From Geosiphon pyriformis uo1 (Eukaryota > Fungi > Glomeromycota), in the NCBI GenBank assembly GCA_016748015.1, contig JAAOMT010000785.1:65604-129341 (forward strand): a stretch of DNA of 63,738 nt. The letters are read 5' to 3'. The notes under the pieces were generated by a model, which saw only the letters and a program-made list of their open reading frames with translations, made no database searches and was not told the origin of the DNA. Every line of letters starts with the position of its first letter. The first letter of the stretch is position 1. The position numbers and the translations under genes were made by a program. Positions 39,592 to 53,200 of this stretch are shown here, piece after piece.

Positions 39592-40692
39592 ATGGAAAAT
39601 CCAGATTCTACACCATCACCACCACCACCTTATTGGCAACCGCCACCAAAACAAGAAGCCGATTATCCTCCAAATCAAACTTATCCACAACAACAAGGAG
39701 GAACATATCCACAACAACAAGGAGGAGCATACCCACAACAACAAGGAGGAGCATACCCACAACAACAAGGAGGAGCATACCCACAACAACAAGGAGGAGC
39801 ATACCCACAACAACAAGGAGGAACATACCCACAACAACAAGGAGGAACATACCCACAACAGCAAGGAGGAACATACCCACAACAGCAAGGAGGAACATAC
39901 CAAGGACAACCACAAATGGTATATGTAGCTCAACCTCAAATGCAATCACCTATCTTGTATCAAAATACAGGAGCATCACCACCACCTCAACAATTAACTG
40001 GCCAGGGTGTGGTAAACCCAACTGTTTCGTTCGCTCCAAATGTTTCCTCTCAAGGTGGTCCACCACCGAAAGATTGGAAATATGGTTTATTCGATTGTTT
40101 CTCTGTTCCTGATATTTGTAAGTGGCATAATATTTAGGATCAAGGCTTGAATTAAACGGGAAAAGAAGGGAGGGGAGGGGGGTTCAAAGCATTATATTAA
40201 GAAATTTTCCTTAATTTGAAATTTATTTTCAGGCTGCAAAGCATGTTGTTGTCCATGCTTCATTTATGTAAGTTCAAAATTTCTTGAGTATTGGAAATGA
40301 TTTTTATTTATGTCTAAATATTAAATATTTTTTAATTGTTTGAAAACCAGGGTGAAACAAAGTCAAAATCGGAAGGGGATCCCACTATAGCAACTACAAA
40401 TTGCCTAATATATTTATTAGCATGTTGTGTTGGGTTCCAGTGTTGTCTCGGAACACTTACCCGTGGAGATATTCGTCGGAAGAATAATATCAAGGTAAGC
40501 TCTTGAATGCATGATTTTTGTTTTTCGTTCGTTCTTTCAAAACTATATTTCATTCATTTAATCTAATCCCCCCTATTCATCTTCCTTTATTTGTCTTTAA
40601 AGGGAGGAGTGGGAGAAGACGCATTTATGCATTTCTGCTGTGAATGTTGCGCCTTAATCCAAGAGAATCGTGAATTTGATGATCAGGTTTAG
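39592..40692 (+). CDS. PLAC8-family cysteine-rich protein with N-terminal octapeptide repeats (~264 aa); exons 39592-40117, 40233-40267, 40351-40494, 40603-40692
   Basis: DWKYGLFDCFSVPDICCKACCCPCFIYGETK...RGDIRRKNNIKGGVGEDAFMHFCCECCALIQENRE is the PLAC8 signature; GT-AG introns in frame. Confidence 0.93.
39682..39897 (+). repeat. 9 x 24-bp coding minisatellite encoding YPQQQGG(A/T)
   Basis: Read directly from DNA and translation. Confidence 0.95.
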
Positions 40693-41307
40693 AATTGAGA
40701 AAGTTCAAAAATTAATGGTTAATATATAACTGTATTAAAAAGAGAGTATAATTTTTAATTCACTCTAGCTTCTACTCTTAACCATGGTAAATCTTTTAAG
40801 ATAATAGAGTTTAATAATTTTCTATGCGATAGTGAAATGATTTCCTTTAAAATAACCTAATAATGATACATCTTTAGAGTCAAAAAATCCAATTTATAGG
40901 CTTTAATTGGTATTAATTAATTTATTCAAAGTAAAATATAATAAACCATGATTATCGAATACTTTTTATTTAAACGAATGAGATTTAATGAAAAATCTCT
41001 AAAGAAATAGTGAACATGGAACAAACAAAAATATTGAAAATTAAATAACCATTAGAATCAAGAATCGGAAAATTGTAATACTTCTGAAAACATTAAAAGA
41101 TGCCTTTTAACATAAATCAAGAAATGTATTTTAACAGTCAAAAAATTACAAGAAAAGATATAAATTTAATCGAATAAAACAAAAGCCTTTAATAATAATA
41201 ATAATAAAAATTATCACATTTTTATAACTATTGAACCATTCTAAATAATAAAAAAATTAGATAATTAGCAAAATATTTTATATAAAAAAAATATTAATAA
41301 TATTCAA

Positions 41308-41341
<34 letters not shown>

Positions 41342-44089
41342 TATCGAGTGAAGTCAAATAATTAATTATCTCATTTTTTTTTTGGATAAAAGCTTCAAAA
41401 TTACAAAGTTGTTTGGTTTTAACCTAAGATTAAAATAGGATTTTTTAATTAGTTTTTATTTTAATAATAATTGCAATTTTAAAAGTTATTTTATAATTTT
41501 TGTAATTTTTGTGATTTTTTTGCATTATTTAGTATAGTTTTTGTAATATTAACTAGCATATTATAGTACATAATTAAAGTAAAATGTTCGATTCGCATTT
41601 TTTAAGTATAATTAACCATCTGAATAAATTAAGACTACATTACACTACATTAAACATATTTAAGTACTATTTTCAAATTTAAAACATTACAGCATATCAA
41701 ATCTATAAAATTAAATAAATAAACAAACATGTTCAAATTTTATAAAATAATTGTTACCAAACTCAATTTCAAAAACATTCAAAATTTCTAAACATTTTCA
41801 TTATTAGATATCTACACATTTACTTAAATTGAGCCATTTTTTTTTAGCAAGCCATATAACTTTATTACAGCATGCAATTTAGCTAAAAGCTTTTATATTA
41901 CTGTTTAATATTTGTTTGTTATTGCCACTACCAAATCTATTATCTTGTACTTAGCCAAACAAAATTTGAAAACATATTAAAAGATTTATTATACCAAATT
42001 TTTGGCATCAAATATTAAACAAACAAAATTTGAAATTTCTATTTTAATTAATTTTGCTCTATTACTGATTTTTAAAACTATTCAAGTTTTTCAACTTTTT
42101 AAACTTGGCAAAAAAATTTTTAGCTGCATTATTTGTTTTATTTAAAATTTTAATTGATTAAACAAAAAATGATCCAATTTTCTATATTAATATAATCTTT
42201 ATTAGAATAAGTATTTTTATACGACTTTTTATATTATGTCACAAACAATTATTTAAAAAATTTTTATAAATAATTAACCCAATTATTTTAAAAATTTGAA
42301 AAAATCTCAACTATCGACTTTTCAATAATAAATATAATTACATTGCAGTAAAACTCAATTTTTCTGCAAGAATTCTTAATTGTAAACTCGTTCAAATAAT
42401 AAAAGAAAAAAATTTATAAGTTAAAGTAAATTTGTTTAATTCATTAATTGCAAATAGAAATATTTCTTAGGCCTAAGATAAATTAATATTTTTTATTGAA
42501 ATTTGTAAATAGTAAATTTCAAAGTATTAGTTTAGCAATTGTAAATTTCAAAGAAATAATTAAAATAATTTGAGTTTTTAAATAAAAATTTTATTAAATT
42601 AATTTGTATTGTAATTAATTATATTTGTTATATATTTATTATAAAATATATTTTCTTGAAGTAAAAAGCTTTTCTTATATAATCTTTTTCTAATATTATC
42701 TTGCTAATATTTAACAAATTTTGAGAACTAAATATCCTTTTTGGCAAATTACAAACTATTTTGGTAAACTATTAAATATTTTAGTAAATATTTCAATGTA
42801 AAATATATTAGCTAATCTAATTATTGCCTTTAGTTATATTTGTGTATTATACAAATTAGATTATTAATTAAATAATAAGTGATAAATGTATAATAATATT
42901 ATATTTTAATTAACGATAAGAATTATTTGGATAATTTCATTCTAATTTTTAACTTAATTTCGACTGGTAATAGTATACAATATTTATAATCTTTGTTATT
43001 TATTAGCATATTACTTTAATTTACATAATATTCTTATAATTATACAATTAGCATAAAAAACAAGATAATTTACTTTATATAATATTTTTAAGTAAATAGC
43101 AATGTAATTAATTAAGGTTAAATATTTGTGCTTATATGTAAGTTAAGTTTAGTTTAAATTAATTTAAATAGCTATTTGTATATATTAAAGCATTTTTTAC
43201 TTTATTTTAAACATATATTAGATTAAACCTTTTGAAATAAATGAAATATATCAAATCACATTTAATACTATTTAGATGTAAAAGTTCTAGAATCAAATCA
43301 ATTCGAAATAAATTTAGCAAAACCTATATTAATGAGAAGTTTCTTAAGAAATAATGAGCCTTTCGATTATTAGAAAAGATAAATTTTAACAAATATTTTG
43401 ATATCACAAATAACATGATTGTGATGTTAGTGAGTTTATGTTATTTGATAAGCAAAAAGGGATTTGTTTAAAATTCATAAATAAAAATATTTAATGACTG
43501 AAATTAAATTTAAAAATTTATTTGGCGAATAGAAAAGTCTTTTCACAATATTTTTACTAGGTTGTGAAAAACCATCCCAACAACCAATTCTTCTGTTAAA
43601 GAAGCTTTAATAAACTGCTAAACAAGAAACAAATAAACATCAGATGTCGAAATTGGCATAAAGAAACGATAATTTATAAACTATAGTGAGTGCTCAAGAT
43701 AATTGAGATTTTCTCATTTCAGGCTTTGAAATAAAAATTTTAGTTTATAAAAGAAACAGAATATTTTTTAAATGTCATCTTTATTGCAATTTTTTGGTAA
43801 TTTATTCCCGGTAAAATGGGGATTCAAAAGAAACAAAAAGCTTCTTTTTTACTTCCTATTATTAATGATAATTATATTGAAATTGTTATCCTATAATCCT
43901 TCTAACTTAATTCCTTTTCCCCTTTTAAAGATAAATAACTCCAATGATAAAATTTTAAATTTTGGCTTGTTAACTCATAATTTAATAACTACAAAATCAG
44001 ACCTTTCAAAACGTGCATTAAGTTGATTTATTGATTAACTTATAAAGATTTTGATTATGATCGATTAAAATTAAACAATTTTTTATAAT

Positions 44090-44940
44090 TTAAGCATTCA
44101 AAAAATGAGAATGCAATTTTCGGTTAATCAAAGTCAAAAGACCATTCGTTATCATCAAAACATATGTTTGGAATTATTCCATATGTAGACCCAATTCGCT
44201 TGGACGATCCAACATTTAGGCATAACTGAGCCTCCGATATTTATTCGTTGGGTGTTTTGCTATGGGAAATAGCGAGCGGTCATCCTCCTTTTCAGGATCG
44301 TGTAAATGATTTAACTTTAGCAGTTGAAATTATAAATGTGAAGAGGGAAAATTGCGCAGAAATTTCTGGAGGAAAATGGGGAAGGCCTTCCCATTCTTTG
44401 AATATTGCATATATTCAGATTTATAAAAAATGTTGGCCAGGCAAAATCGATGGTAGACTTAATTTTAAAAACTTGTTTCAGTATAGTTAAAGATTGAATT
44501 GCTTCGTATCGTATTAGAACGTCCAGCAATTATTGATATTCAAAAACAATTTGACGAGATTTCTGTAAAATGGTATCGGCCTGCTGCTGAACAAGGTCAT
44601 GCAATTGCGCAATTTAATCTGAGTGTTATGTATAGAAATGGGCGGGGAGTTGAGCAATCAGATGAAGAAGTTGTGAAGTGGTATTGGGCCGCTGCTGAAT
44701 AAGGTCATGCAATTGCACAATTTAATTTGGGTGTTACGTATAAAAAGGAACGAGGAGTTGAGCAATCGAATGAGGAAGCTGTGAACAAGGTCATGGATTT
44801 GCTCAATTCCCGTCTGGGTCATGTGTATAAAGATGGGTGAGGGGTTGATTGGTCGAATGAGGAAGCCGTAAAGGGTATCTGGCTGCTGTTATGGTCATGC
44901 GGAGGTGGACTGTTATGTATACGGATGGCTAAGGAGTGAA
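44090..44940 (+). pseudogene. Decayed kinase + Sel1-repeat gene (paralog of the 1-1805 copy)
   Basis: FGIIPYVDP, SDIYSLGVLLWEIASGHPPF, IYKKCW, RPAIIDI, then Sel1 repeats (KWYRPAAEQGHAIAQFNLSVMYRNGRGVEQSDEEVVKWY) with internal stops and deletions. Confidence 0.85.
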
Positions 44941-46393
44941 GAAATTACATGATTTATAGCACTTCGCCGGAAATAAATTTGAATAAAACTGAAAATTTGA
45001 AAAAAATATTATAATTACATTTAACCGACAATTTAACTTCAAAATTACAAAAATGAATTTTTAAGATAAATACCAAATTGTCATTGTGAAATTATTCAAT
45101 ATGAATTTTTTTATTTGCTTTATAAAAAATACTGCTTATCAAATAAATATTGAAATTGTGGATACATGTATTAAGATACACTTTAACAATAACTTTTTAA
45201 AATTTTTTAAATTTAATTATAAAATAATACTCAAGAAATATTTAATCAATTTGATTAATAATAATATTTATAATATTTATGTTGAAAATTGCAAAAACTT
45301 GTTTAATCTTTTAATACAATTAGAAAAATAGTTATAGGCTTATTTATTTTTTTTATAGAAAATAAATAAAATAATATTTTATATTAAAATTTGAATAAAA
45401 AAACAGTCAAGAAAAAAATAAAAAGTTCAAAAATAAGTATGTGAGATCTTTTTTTTTAAAATTACTTTCAATTTTAAAAACTTGAAAGAATTTTAAGAGT
45501 TAAAAAATAACAAAAATTATTTTCTATAATATATATATTAGTAAATTTCATACTTTTTGAAAAAAAACACAAAAAAATATTATTAAAATTTTTTTTAGTA
45601 GTTTGCATATGTTTTTAGGTTGAAATTATTAAAATTTTGCCACATTTGATTGTTAATTATTGATTTTCAATTTTAAACGTTTGTTCATTTTGCTAGAATA
45701 TTTCGGGATTATAGTCAGTTAAGAATAGTTTAATCAAGTTCTTGGCAAAGAACTTTATTAAAATTACAAGATTTAAGTACAAATTTGACTTTCTATATAA
45801 TTAAAGAGAAATCTTGAAATTAATTTTTATTATTTCACTTTCTTTATGAGGGTTTTTACAAGAAAATAAGATATTATTATTATTATTTTTATTATTATTA
45901 TTATATTATTATTATTATTATTATTTTTATTTTTGTTAACATAATACTAAGATAAAAATATAATTTTAAAACGCAAATCTAAAACATTTTGAGCAATAAC
46001 ACAAAACGTCTGTTTCTGTGCACTTTAGATCACCATATTATCAGTAAAGGATAAATCGATTTGTATCACTTCGTTTTTTGCCACAAAAATTGCGTGATGA
46101 CAATGTGGAATTAAAATAAAAAACGTACTAGATTTTTGTAAAACTTTATTATTAGAACAGAACTATTTAAATTCTGTTTTTTTTAGTTTTTTTTTAAAAA
46201 AAAAAAGGTTTCCTTTGATTATAATGAATCTGTTCAACTCAGTTATGAAATTTCAATGAAACTCTCAAAATTCTTTTCAATCTTCTTAACGACCACTTTT
46301 TCTTAAATATATTATAAAGTTTAACCACATTAAAGTTTAAACATCCATTCTATATTTGAAACGCAACTTTTGAGGAATGCTTAATTTCTTTAA

Positions 46394-47602
46394 ATGGCTA
46401 CAATTCACAATTCATATAAGGCTTCCTATCACAATATATTAGGAAATCTTTTAGGTGCAGCATTAGTAGGAGCTGCGTTAGCTTTGACAACTCATTCGTA
46501 CCTTCGATTACGCATACTAAGAACGAACGGTTATAGGACTTTAAGTTTAAATATTCTCAACATAGCAACAATATTCAATGAATTCATCATCATCCTTTTT
46601 ATTTATGCCAATGAAGTTCTTATTTCCCCTTTTTCAATACCATGGTTAAATTTCTTAATCAATTTATTATCACTAGTTTCAAAACCTACAATGATTTATT
46701 TGAGTTATTATCGTGCTTCTTTAGTTAATCAACATTTTCATAATCATCGTTTTCTTCATTATTCTTTTCTTTTTGTTCGAACCCTTGCAATCATCATTTT
46801 AATAATAGTAAATTCAATAACAGATTTCACCTGTAATGATATAACTATATCTCCAAGGTGTCATACCATTTCTATAATTCGAAAATTTGAAGATTTATTA
46901 TCTCCACTTTGGAGATTTTATTATATTATAGCTGAAGCAATTTTTTTTTATAATTTATTGAGATGGCTCCAGCATATTAATAGTGAAAAACGTGATACCA
47001 AAATTATTCGTTATATTCGTTTTCAAGCTTTTTTATTCTTTTTTGATATTGTACAATTGAATGGGATGAGTATTTATCGATTTTTTTCACTTTTGAAAGA
47101 AGCAGAACCTATATACATTTATTTAGAATGCTTTAGTCATGGGTTCACTGTTTATAATATCACTCAATTTGGTATTTCGATACCAAGTGTTTTTAGAGAA
47201 AATCCTAATGATGGTATAATAGCTCCGACATCCTTTGAAGAAGAGAAATATCAATATTTAGCACCTGTAGAAAACTTTTTAGCTGGTAGTTTCAAGATAT
47301 TTACTGTTGAAGAGAAAGTTAATGAGGATCCGCAATATAATTACAACCATTCCATTGGAAATACAAGCACAACAACGCCAAAAGATTCACGTCAATCAAG
47401 TTTAAAGTCGGATTCTGAAAACCAAACTAAATCAAACACTTATTCAGATTCCGAGTCATCAACTTGTCATAGATTTTATCTTGATCGAAACTCAGTTTGG
47501 TCGACTTCTTCTGATTCCCCGATTTTACAACCACCGCCGATGATTTATTTAAGAAATGATGAGAATGAAGTCAATTTTGACACTAAATATGACAATGATT
47601 GA
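46394..47602 (+). CDS. Intronless 402-aa membrane protein, ~7 hydrophobic helices plus S/T-rich tail (GPCR-like)
   Basis: Long intact ORF; seven hydrophobic segments in the first ~265 aa, YYR after TM3, Cys pair in the TM4-TM5 loop, polar C-terminus. Confidence 0.8.
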   Translation: MATIHNSYKASYHNILGNLLGAALVGAALALTTHSYLRLRILRTNGYRTLSLNILNIATIFNEFIIILFIYANEVLISPFSIPWLNFLINLLSLVSKPTMIYLSYYRASLVNQHFHNHRFLHYSFLFVRTLAIIILIIVNSITDFTCNDITISPRCHTISIIRKFEDLLSPLWRFYYIIAEAIFFYNLLRWLQHINSEKRDTKIIRYIRFQAFLFFFDIVQLNGMSIYRFFSLLKEAEPIYIYLECFSHGFTVYNITQFGISIPSVFRENPNDGIIAPTSFEEEKYQYLAPVENFLAGSFKIFTVEEKVNEDPQYNYNHSIGNTSTTTPKDSRQSSLKSDSENQTKSNTYSDSESSTCHRFYLDRNSVWSTSSDSPILQPPPMIYLRNDENEVNFDTKYDND

Positions 47603-47898
47603 TAATACTTTAGCTGGAAGATTCTCAGCGAATTAACGATAACAACAACAACCTGTAAAATCTACAAAAATATATTCCTTGTCAAATTTTAAATTGTATA
47701 TTGTAAATTAAATTTTATCTACTATAAAAATAAATAAAATGTAAATATTAATATATATATAATAAAATTAATTATAGCGAAAATATTCTGAGAAGATTTA
47801 TATATTAACTGGTTTTATAAAAACTATTTCCAAAAATTTCAGTTATCTCAAATTCATAATTTTAATCTTTATTATTATTATTTATTTATTATTATTAT

Positions 47899-47930
<32 letters not shown>

Positions 47931-48494
47931 AATTACAAAGCTTTTTTTCAAAAAGGAATGATAATTCAAATGCAAGAATAAATATTTTATCCTTTGATAC
48001 ATTTAAAATTCAAAAGGATTATTAACAAATTGTATTTCATATAATTTTAGACATATTCATTTTTCAAATACTCATATTCTGAGATGAATTTAATGGCTAT
48101 ATTTTAAAATATTTATGACGGAAGAATTGAATAATGAAATGTTTTATGCTAAATTGATTTGCAAAAATGAAATTTAGTTAATTTGAATTTAAAGAAATGA
48201 GCTCAGAATTATTGGATTTATTTTTTGTCAATGATAGTCTATAATCTTTTGATTTGAGAATATAAAAATTCTTTGATTCAATTCGCACTTAATTTTTAAA
48301 ATTTTAACGATTTGAAATAAATAAGTGGTTATTTTTTAAAAACAAAATTTATAAATTTATAAATTATCGTAGTATATTTTGTTGAATATTGTTCTTGAAA
48401 AAGATTATTTTTATTATGGCGAAATATAAAGGCAATCTTTTAAATTTTGGCATGCTATACGGAATTTTCTTTGATGTACCTGTACAACTCCATC

Positions 48495-48575
48495 AATAAA
48501 ATATGTACTTAAGTGGCTAAGGAGTAGAAGGATCGGAAGGAAGCTGATATAGTATTGGTTTGCTAAAAGAATGTG
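48495..48575 (+). pseudogene. Single Sel1-repeat remnant
   Basis: Reads NMYLSG*GVEGSE..EA...YWFAK, matching Sel1 units elsewhere in the window. Confidence 0.45.
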
Positions 48576-50110
48576 ACGATAAAATCTTGCTTTTGATTTG
48601 TAATAATGGCTGAGGAAAAACTCTATTTTAAAGATCGTGATTTATATATATATCGTTTAAGCTGTGAAATAAATTTAATAAAAATAAATATTTCTACAAC
48701 ATAAACCGTTTCAATCGTCCATTTTCGGAAGTGCTATTTCTTCCGAAGAATTTCGACTACTTATGATGCGCTGAAAACAAAATAAGTTAGTTTTCCCTTC
48801 ACATAAACGTCACCCTAGACAAAGACTTTTCTACCGATTGTACCATTGTACCATATAACGTCTTAAACCATCCATTCAAAATTTATATTCAATTTAAACA
48901 AAAATTGTTTCTAAAAGCTGGTTATAGCTCCGAAATTGTGTGTGAAACGGTATCACTTAAATCTATTTACTGCTTTTTGAAAGGTATAGGGCTAGCTGAA
49001 AAGTCATTAATATCCTTGAATTTTATGATAAATAAAAATAAACAATTCAATCAGGGGGTCTTAAATAAAACTATATTTGACTATATTAACGATATTTTGG
49101 TTTCTTTTATGGCTTTATTTGTAAACAATTATTTAGCTAAAGACCATAAGAAAGTTAGCAAATATTTCATAATGTGATCATTAATATAATGAAAAACATA
49201 ATCATATAGTAGAAAGTAATAATAATATAAATGAAAAATACAAATATTTTGGTAAATAATTTTAATAAAGCAATAGAAAACCACTATAATTAACAATATT
49301 AAATAAAATGTTTTCTTGGAATAAAAAATATTTCATAAATTTTGTTATTTAAATTAATTTAAAATATCTGCTTAAAATTATTATATTGAATTTATATTTT
49401 ATGATACTAAAATATCATTATTATTGCTATTTTTTTTAAAAACAATATTTTATATCATTAATTAATTTATTAAATCATTTATTAACTGATTTAATTTACA
49501 AATATTATTTTTATATTAAATTGATGCAGATTTATTTATGATAATTTGCATTTAAATAAACCCATCAAAATTGACAGGCTTTTTAAGAAAAAGATATTTT
49601 CTTATAGTTATCAATATGTTGATAATTTGATTTAAAAATAAATATAATATGACTAATACTATAATATAATTTTTTTTGTAGTGCCCTTAAAAGTGTAGTC
49701 CAACCAACGACTATTATCTTACGATCCAATTGTCACATTGGATGTGAATCTGAGTATATTGGCTCAATTGCTAAAATTTGACAATATCTTCTAGTTTTTA
49801 GTGCGTATGTTAATATTTTTTTATCAATAACCAAAAATAGAAAAAAAGATTACACCTCAAAGGTTTAAATAATATTGCTATAAAATCTATCTACCTCATT
49901 CTTTTATATTACGTTTTGCTTTAATCTAATTTACTTTCTCAATATCATAATTGCAATTTGCCTATTTTGTAAAGTTTTTCAAAAAATAAGAATCTGTGCC
50001 GTATTTAATACCTTTTACACACGTTGTAGTCACGAGACTCTTCAAAAAACTTGTTTAAATGGGTGTTTCTCATCACATTTATGAGACTCGGTTAGTTCTT
50101 TTGATGTAAA

Positions 50111-50224
50111 GACTAATAAACCCTATTATGCCTCTTGTGCAATCAAAGAAAACTTAATAGCTTTCTTACTCAAATTCAGAATACCAAATATTATCACAAT
50201 ACTCTACAAAGTTTATCTGTAATA
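50111..50224 (+). repeat. Traceable 3' part of the 5' LTR, followed by a degraded PBS (50227-50243)
   Basis: 84/114 identical to 58980-59093. TGGTGTTTTTTGTGAAG resembles a mutated complement of a tRNA 3' end (elongator Met-like, inference). Confidence 0.7.
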
Positions 50225-53200
50225 TTTGGTGTTTTTTGTGAAGTTATAAAATCCACAGAGACAAAGCACTTCAGAAATTCACAAAAGTAGTAACTATTAG
50301 GACTATAGAAAAAGATCACTTGCCATTCGAAAAAGTATTATATTACCACTTTAGGAAAAACTTAGAAATACCAACAGAAACTGTTACTGTTAAAAATAAT
50401 TTTTTATATATTATATACATGTTAAGATTAACTATTTGTTAGGCCAAACGACAAATATGGAAAACTTGAAAAGCAAATTTATCAACAATTATTAGCATAT
50501 TCAATTTCACCACCACAAGAACCATAACTAAAACCCTTTTTTTAATTAACAAAGAAATTGAGTTATATATACAAAAGTAATACTCCAATTAAAAAGAAAA
50601 CAAATATTGAAACCCAACTCCAAAAAATTTAAGTTTAATTTTGATAATAATACAGAAACTGCACAGAAAAAAACTTTATTTATAATCAATAAAAAATTAA
50701 TGTTTTTTTACTAACAATTTTTTCATATCATTAGACCATAAAAAGCAGAATCTTATTCAATTAACTCACCAAAAACTTTAAAGACTTCTGAAAATCTGTA
50801 CTCATGAGACTTTAACTAAAATTTTTGGACTAAATTTCTAGGAAAATATGGATCTTTGTTTAAAAGTCTTATCTTGACAACCAATAATTTAGGTAGAAGT
50901 ACTTTTTCTTAAGCATTATTTTTAGCACAGCTATTAACTAAATCAGCAATTATTTTTTTAGAAGAAATATTTATATTGCAATTCATTGAAGCAACCAACA
51001 AAAAAAAACAACCAGTTTTAAGATCAACAAAACAACCAAACATATTTCTGTTAACATTTTTTTTGTTCACACTTAAACAAACTTTCATTACTCAAGTTAT
51101 GGTTTATAAAAACATTGCTAAACTAAAAATTTTTAGTAAAAAAGACAATATATATATAGATAGCAAAAGTTAAAAAAGTAATTAAAGCCAATAATTAGAA
51201 TAAAATTAGAACAATATAAGTTTTACCCTTTTTTTTAACTGAAACTACAGACTTATGATACCAAAGTCTCAATAAAAAACTGACTAATTTAATCATCTTT
51301 AAATTTGTTTTTTTATAGTATTTTTATAATCCAAATATATTCTTTAGACTATAAAATCAATTCAGTATAATAAAGCAAAAAAATCATAAAGCTGTAATTA
51401 CTTATCTTAGAAGATTCAATTAAATTTTTACTAAATTCAGACAATTAAAAAAAACTATTACACTTTAAGTCAAATTTTCAACCAATTTATTAAGAAACTA
51501 AAAAGCAATATTCTTTAATCTATTAAACTTCAACATTTTGGCAACTTATAAAAAGCAATAATATTTGTCTATAATTTCGAATCAACAGAACAAAAAGCCA
51601 AACATATCCAAGCTATCAATTTAATCATAAATAGAACCTCTAATATTAACATAAAACTTACTTAATTAAGTGAAAATTTGATTCAAAAAATTGAAAAATT
51701 CTTTGCTGAAAGTGCAAAAACTTATCAGCCATTACAACATAAAAAAAATACCAATAAATATTAATAACAAAAACACTAATAACAATAGTTCTGAAAAAAA
51801 ATCTCTATAATTATTATTATTGTCAGAAATCTGAGTATATTGCAAAAAATTGCTACAGAAAACTATTAAATTAGAATTGTAAAAACTAATATTAATAACA
51901 ATTCAAATATCTACAATTTTTAAGATTCTAATACTTTTTGTTTTTATATTAACAATTTTAATATTTTTTTAACTATTACAAAATTATAATTAATACTTAT
52001 AAATAATATTACAGATACTATTTTAATATTAAGTTCTACCATATAATAATTTAAAAACTTAAGCCATTGATTATAATTAAAGATAACAAAGCAACAATAA
52101 AAACCAAATTCAATTTATTACAGTACTGTTTTAAATTATAAATTATAGTAACTTACTATCTTAAGCAATTCTAATAAGATATTCAAACCAGATCTTATAT
52201 CTTAGTTTTATAGAAACTCTGAATTTTGGTAATACTGTACTTAAAAAAAAATTGGTAATTTTAACTACAGCTTTTTTTTAAAACAATAATTAGATTATCT
52301 TTAATATGATTTTTTCTGTCACAATTACTAAAAATGACACATATATTACTATATTTTTATTTAATATTAACAGTCTGAATTCTACTAATTTTTTTAGTAA
52401 AGCTGTTATTAATCAGAACAAACTAATCACAACAATATATATTAATACTAAAATAGAACTAATAAACATTAAACTAATATTTAACAATAGATTAGTAAAC
52501 AGTATAATTATGAAACAACTTATAAATCAATTAAGTTACCAAATAAATTATGTGACTATTTTTAGAATAATTATTATAAATAGAAATATTAAAATCTTTA
52601 TAAAAAAGATTGATTATTTTCTTTTTAAAATTAACAAAATCAAAATTTTAACTAAAATACTTACTATAAAAGCCATTTAATATTAAGTTCTTATAGAAAA
52701 TAATTGGTTAACTAAAACTTATGTTATGCTTAATTAAAACATCTAAAAACTCCAGATTATTTTTAATAAACAACATATTAGAATATTTATTATGTGTGAA
52801 TATTTTAAAACAAAGTTTTAGAACAACTTTTAATTGAATTCAAAAAATTTACTTTCCAATCAATTTTAAAAACTTATAAAGTTTTTTGAACTGATAATTT
52901 TATAACAGAATTACTACTATCTTTTACATAAAAAAAAAAGACCAAAAAAAACTAACAAAAAATTATAGACATTAATATTAATTTATTTAATTCCAAATTA
53001 AAAAAATTAACCATATTAATCACTATAATTAATCTGTATTAATTATAGAAAGAAGTTATTTTCAAGAAATACATATATTAGAAATAATAAAGTATAACTA
53101 ATTGCTACCAAATACTAATGTTATCCTTGTATACTAGAACAGTTTGAACAATCAAAATAGCAAAAAAAATAAAACAATACACTATGTCTTGCATATAATA

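Noticed and set aside
39682-39897. Possible CRISPR-like array
   Set aside because: Contiguous tandem units with no spacers, coding, eukaryotic context.
39608-40112. Three alternative-frame repeat ORFs (hydrophobic, CSSLLLWV, TTTRR)
   Set aside because: Shadows of the 24-bp PLAC8 coding repeat; only the YPQQQGG frame splices into the PLAC8 domain.
49677-50110. Start of the 5' LTR at TGTAG
   Set aside because: No convincing alignment to the 3' LTR upstream of 50111; boundary left undefined.
52306-52680. 124-aa I/N/K-rich ORF as a novel gene
   Set aside because: It is the transition-mutated retroelement protease.
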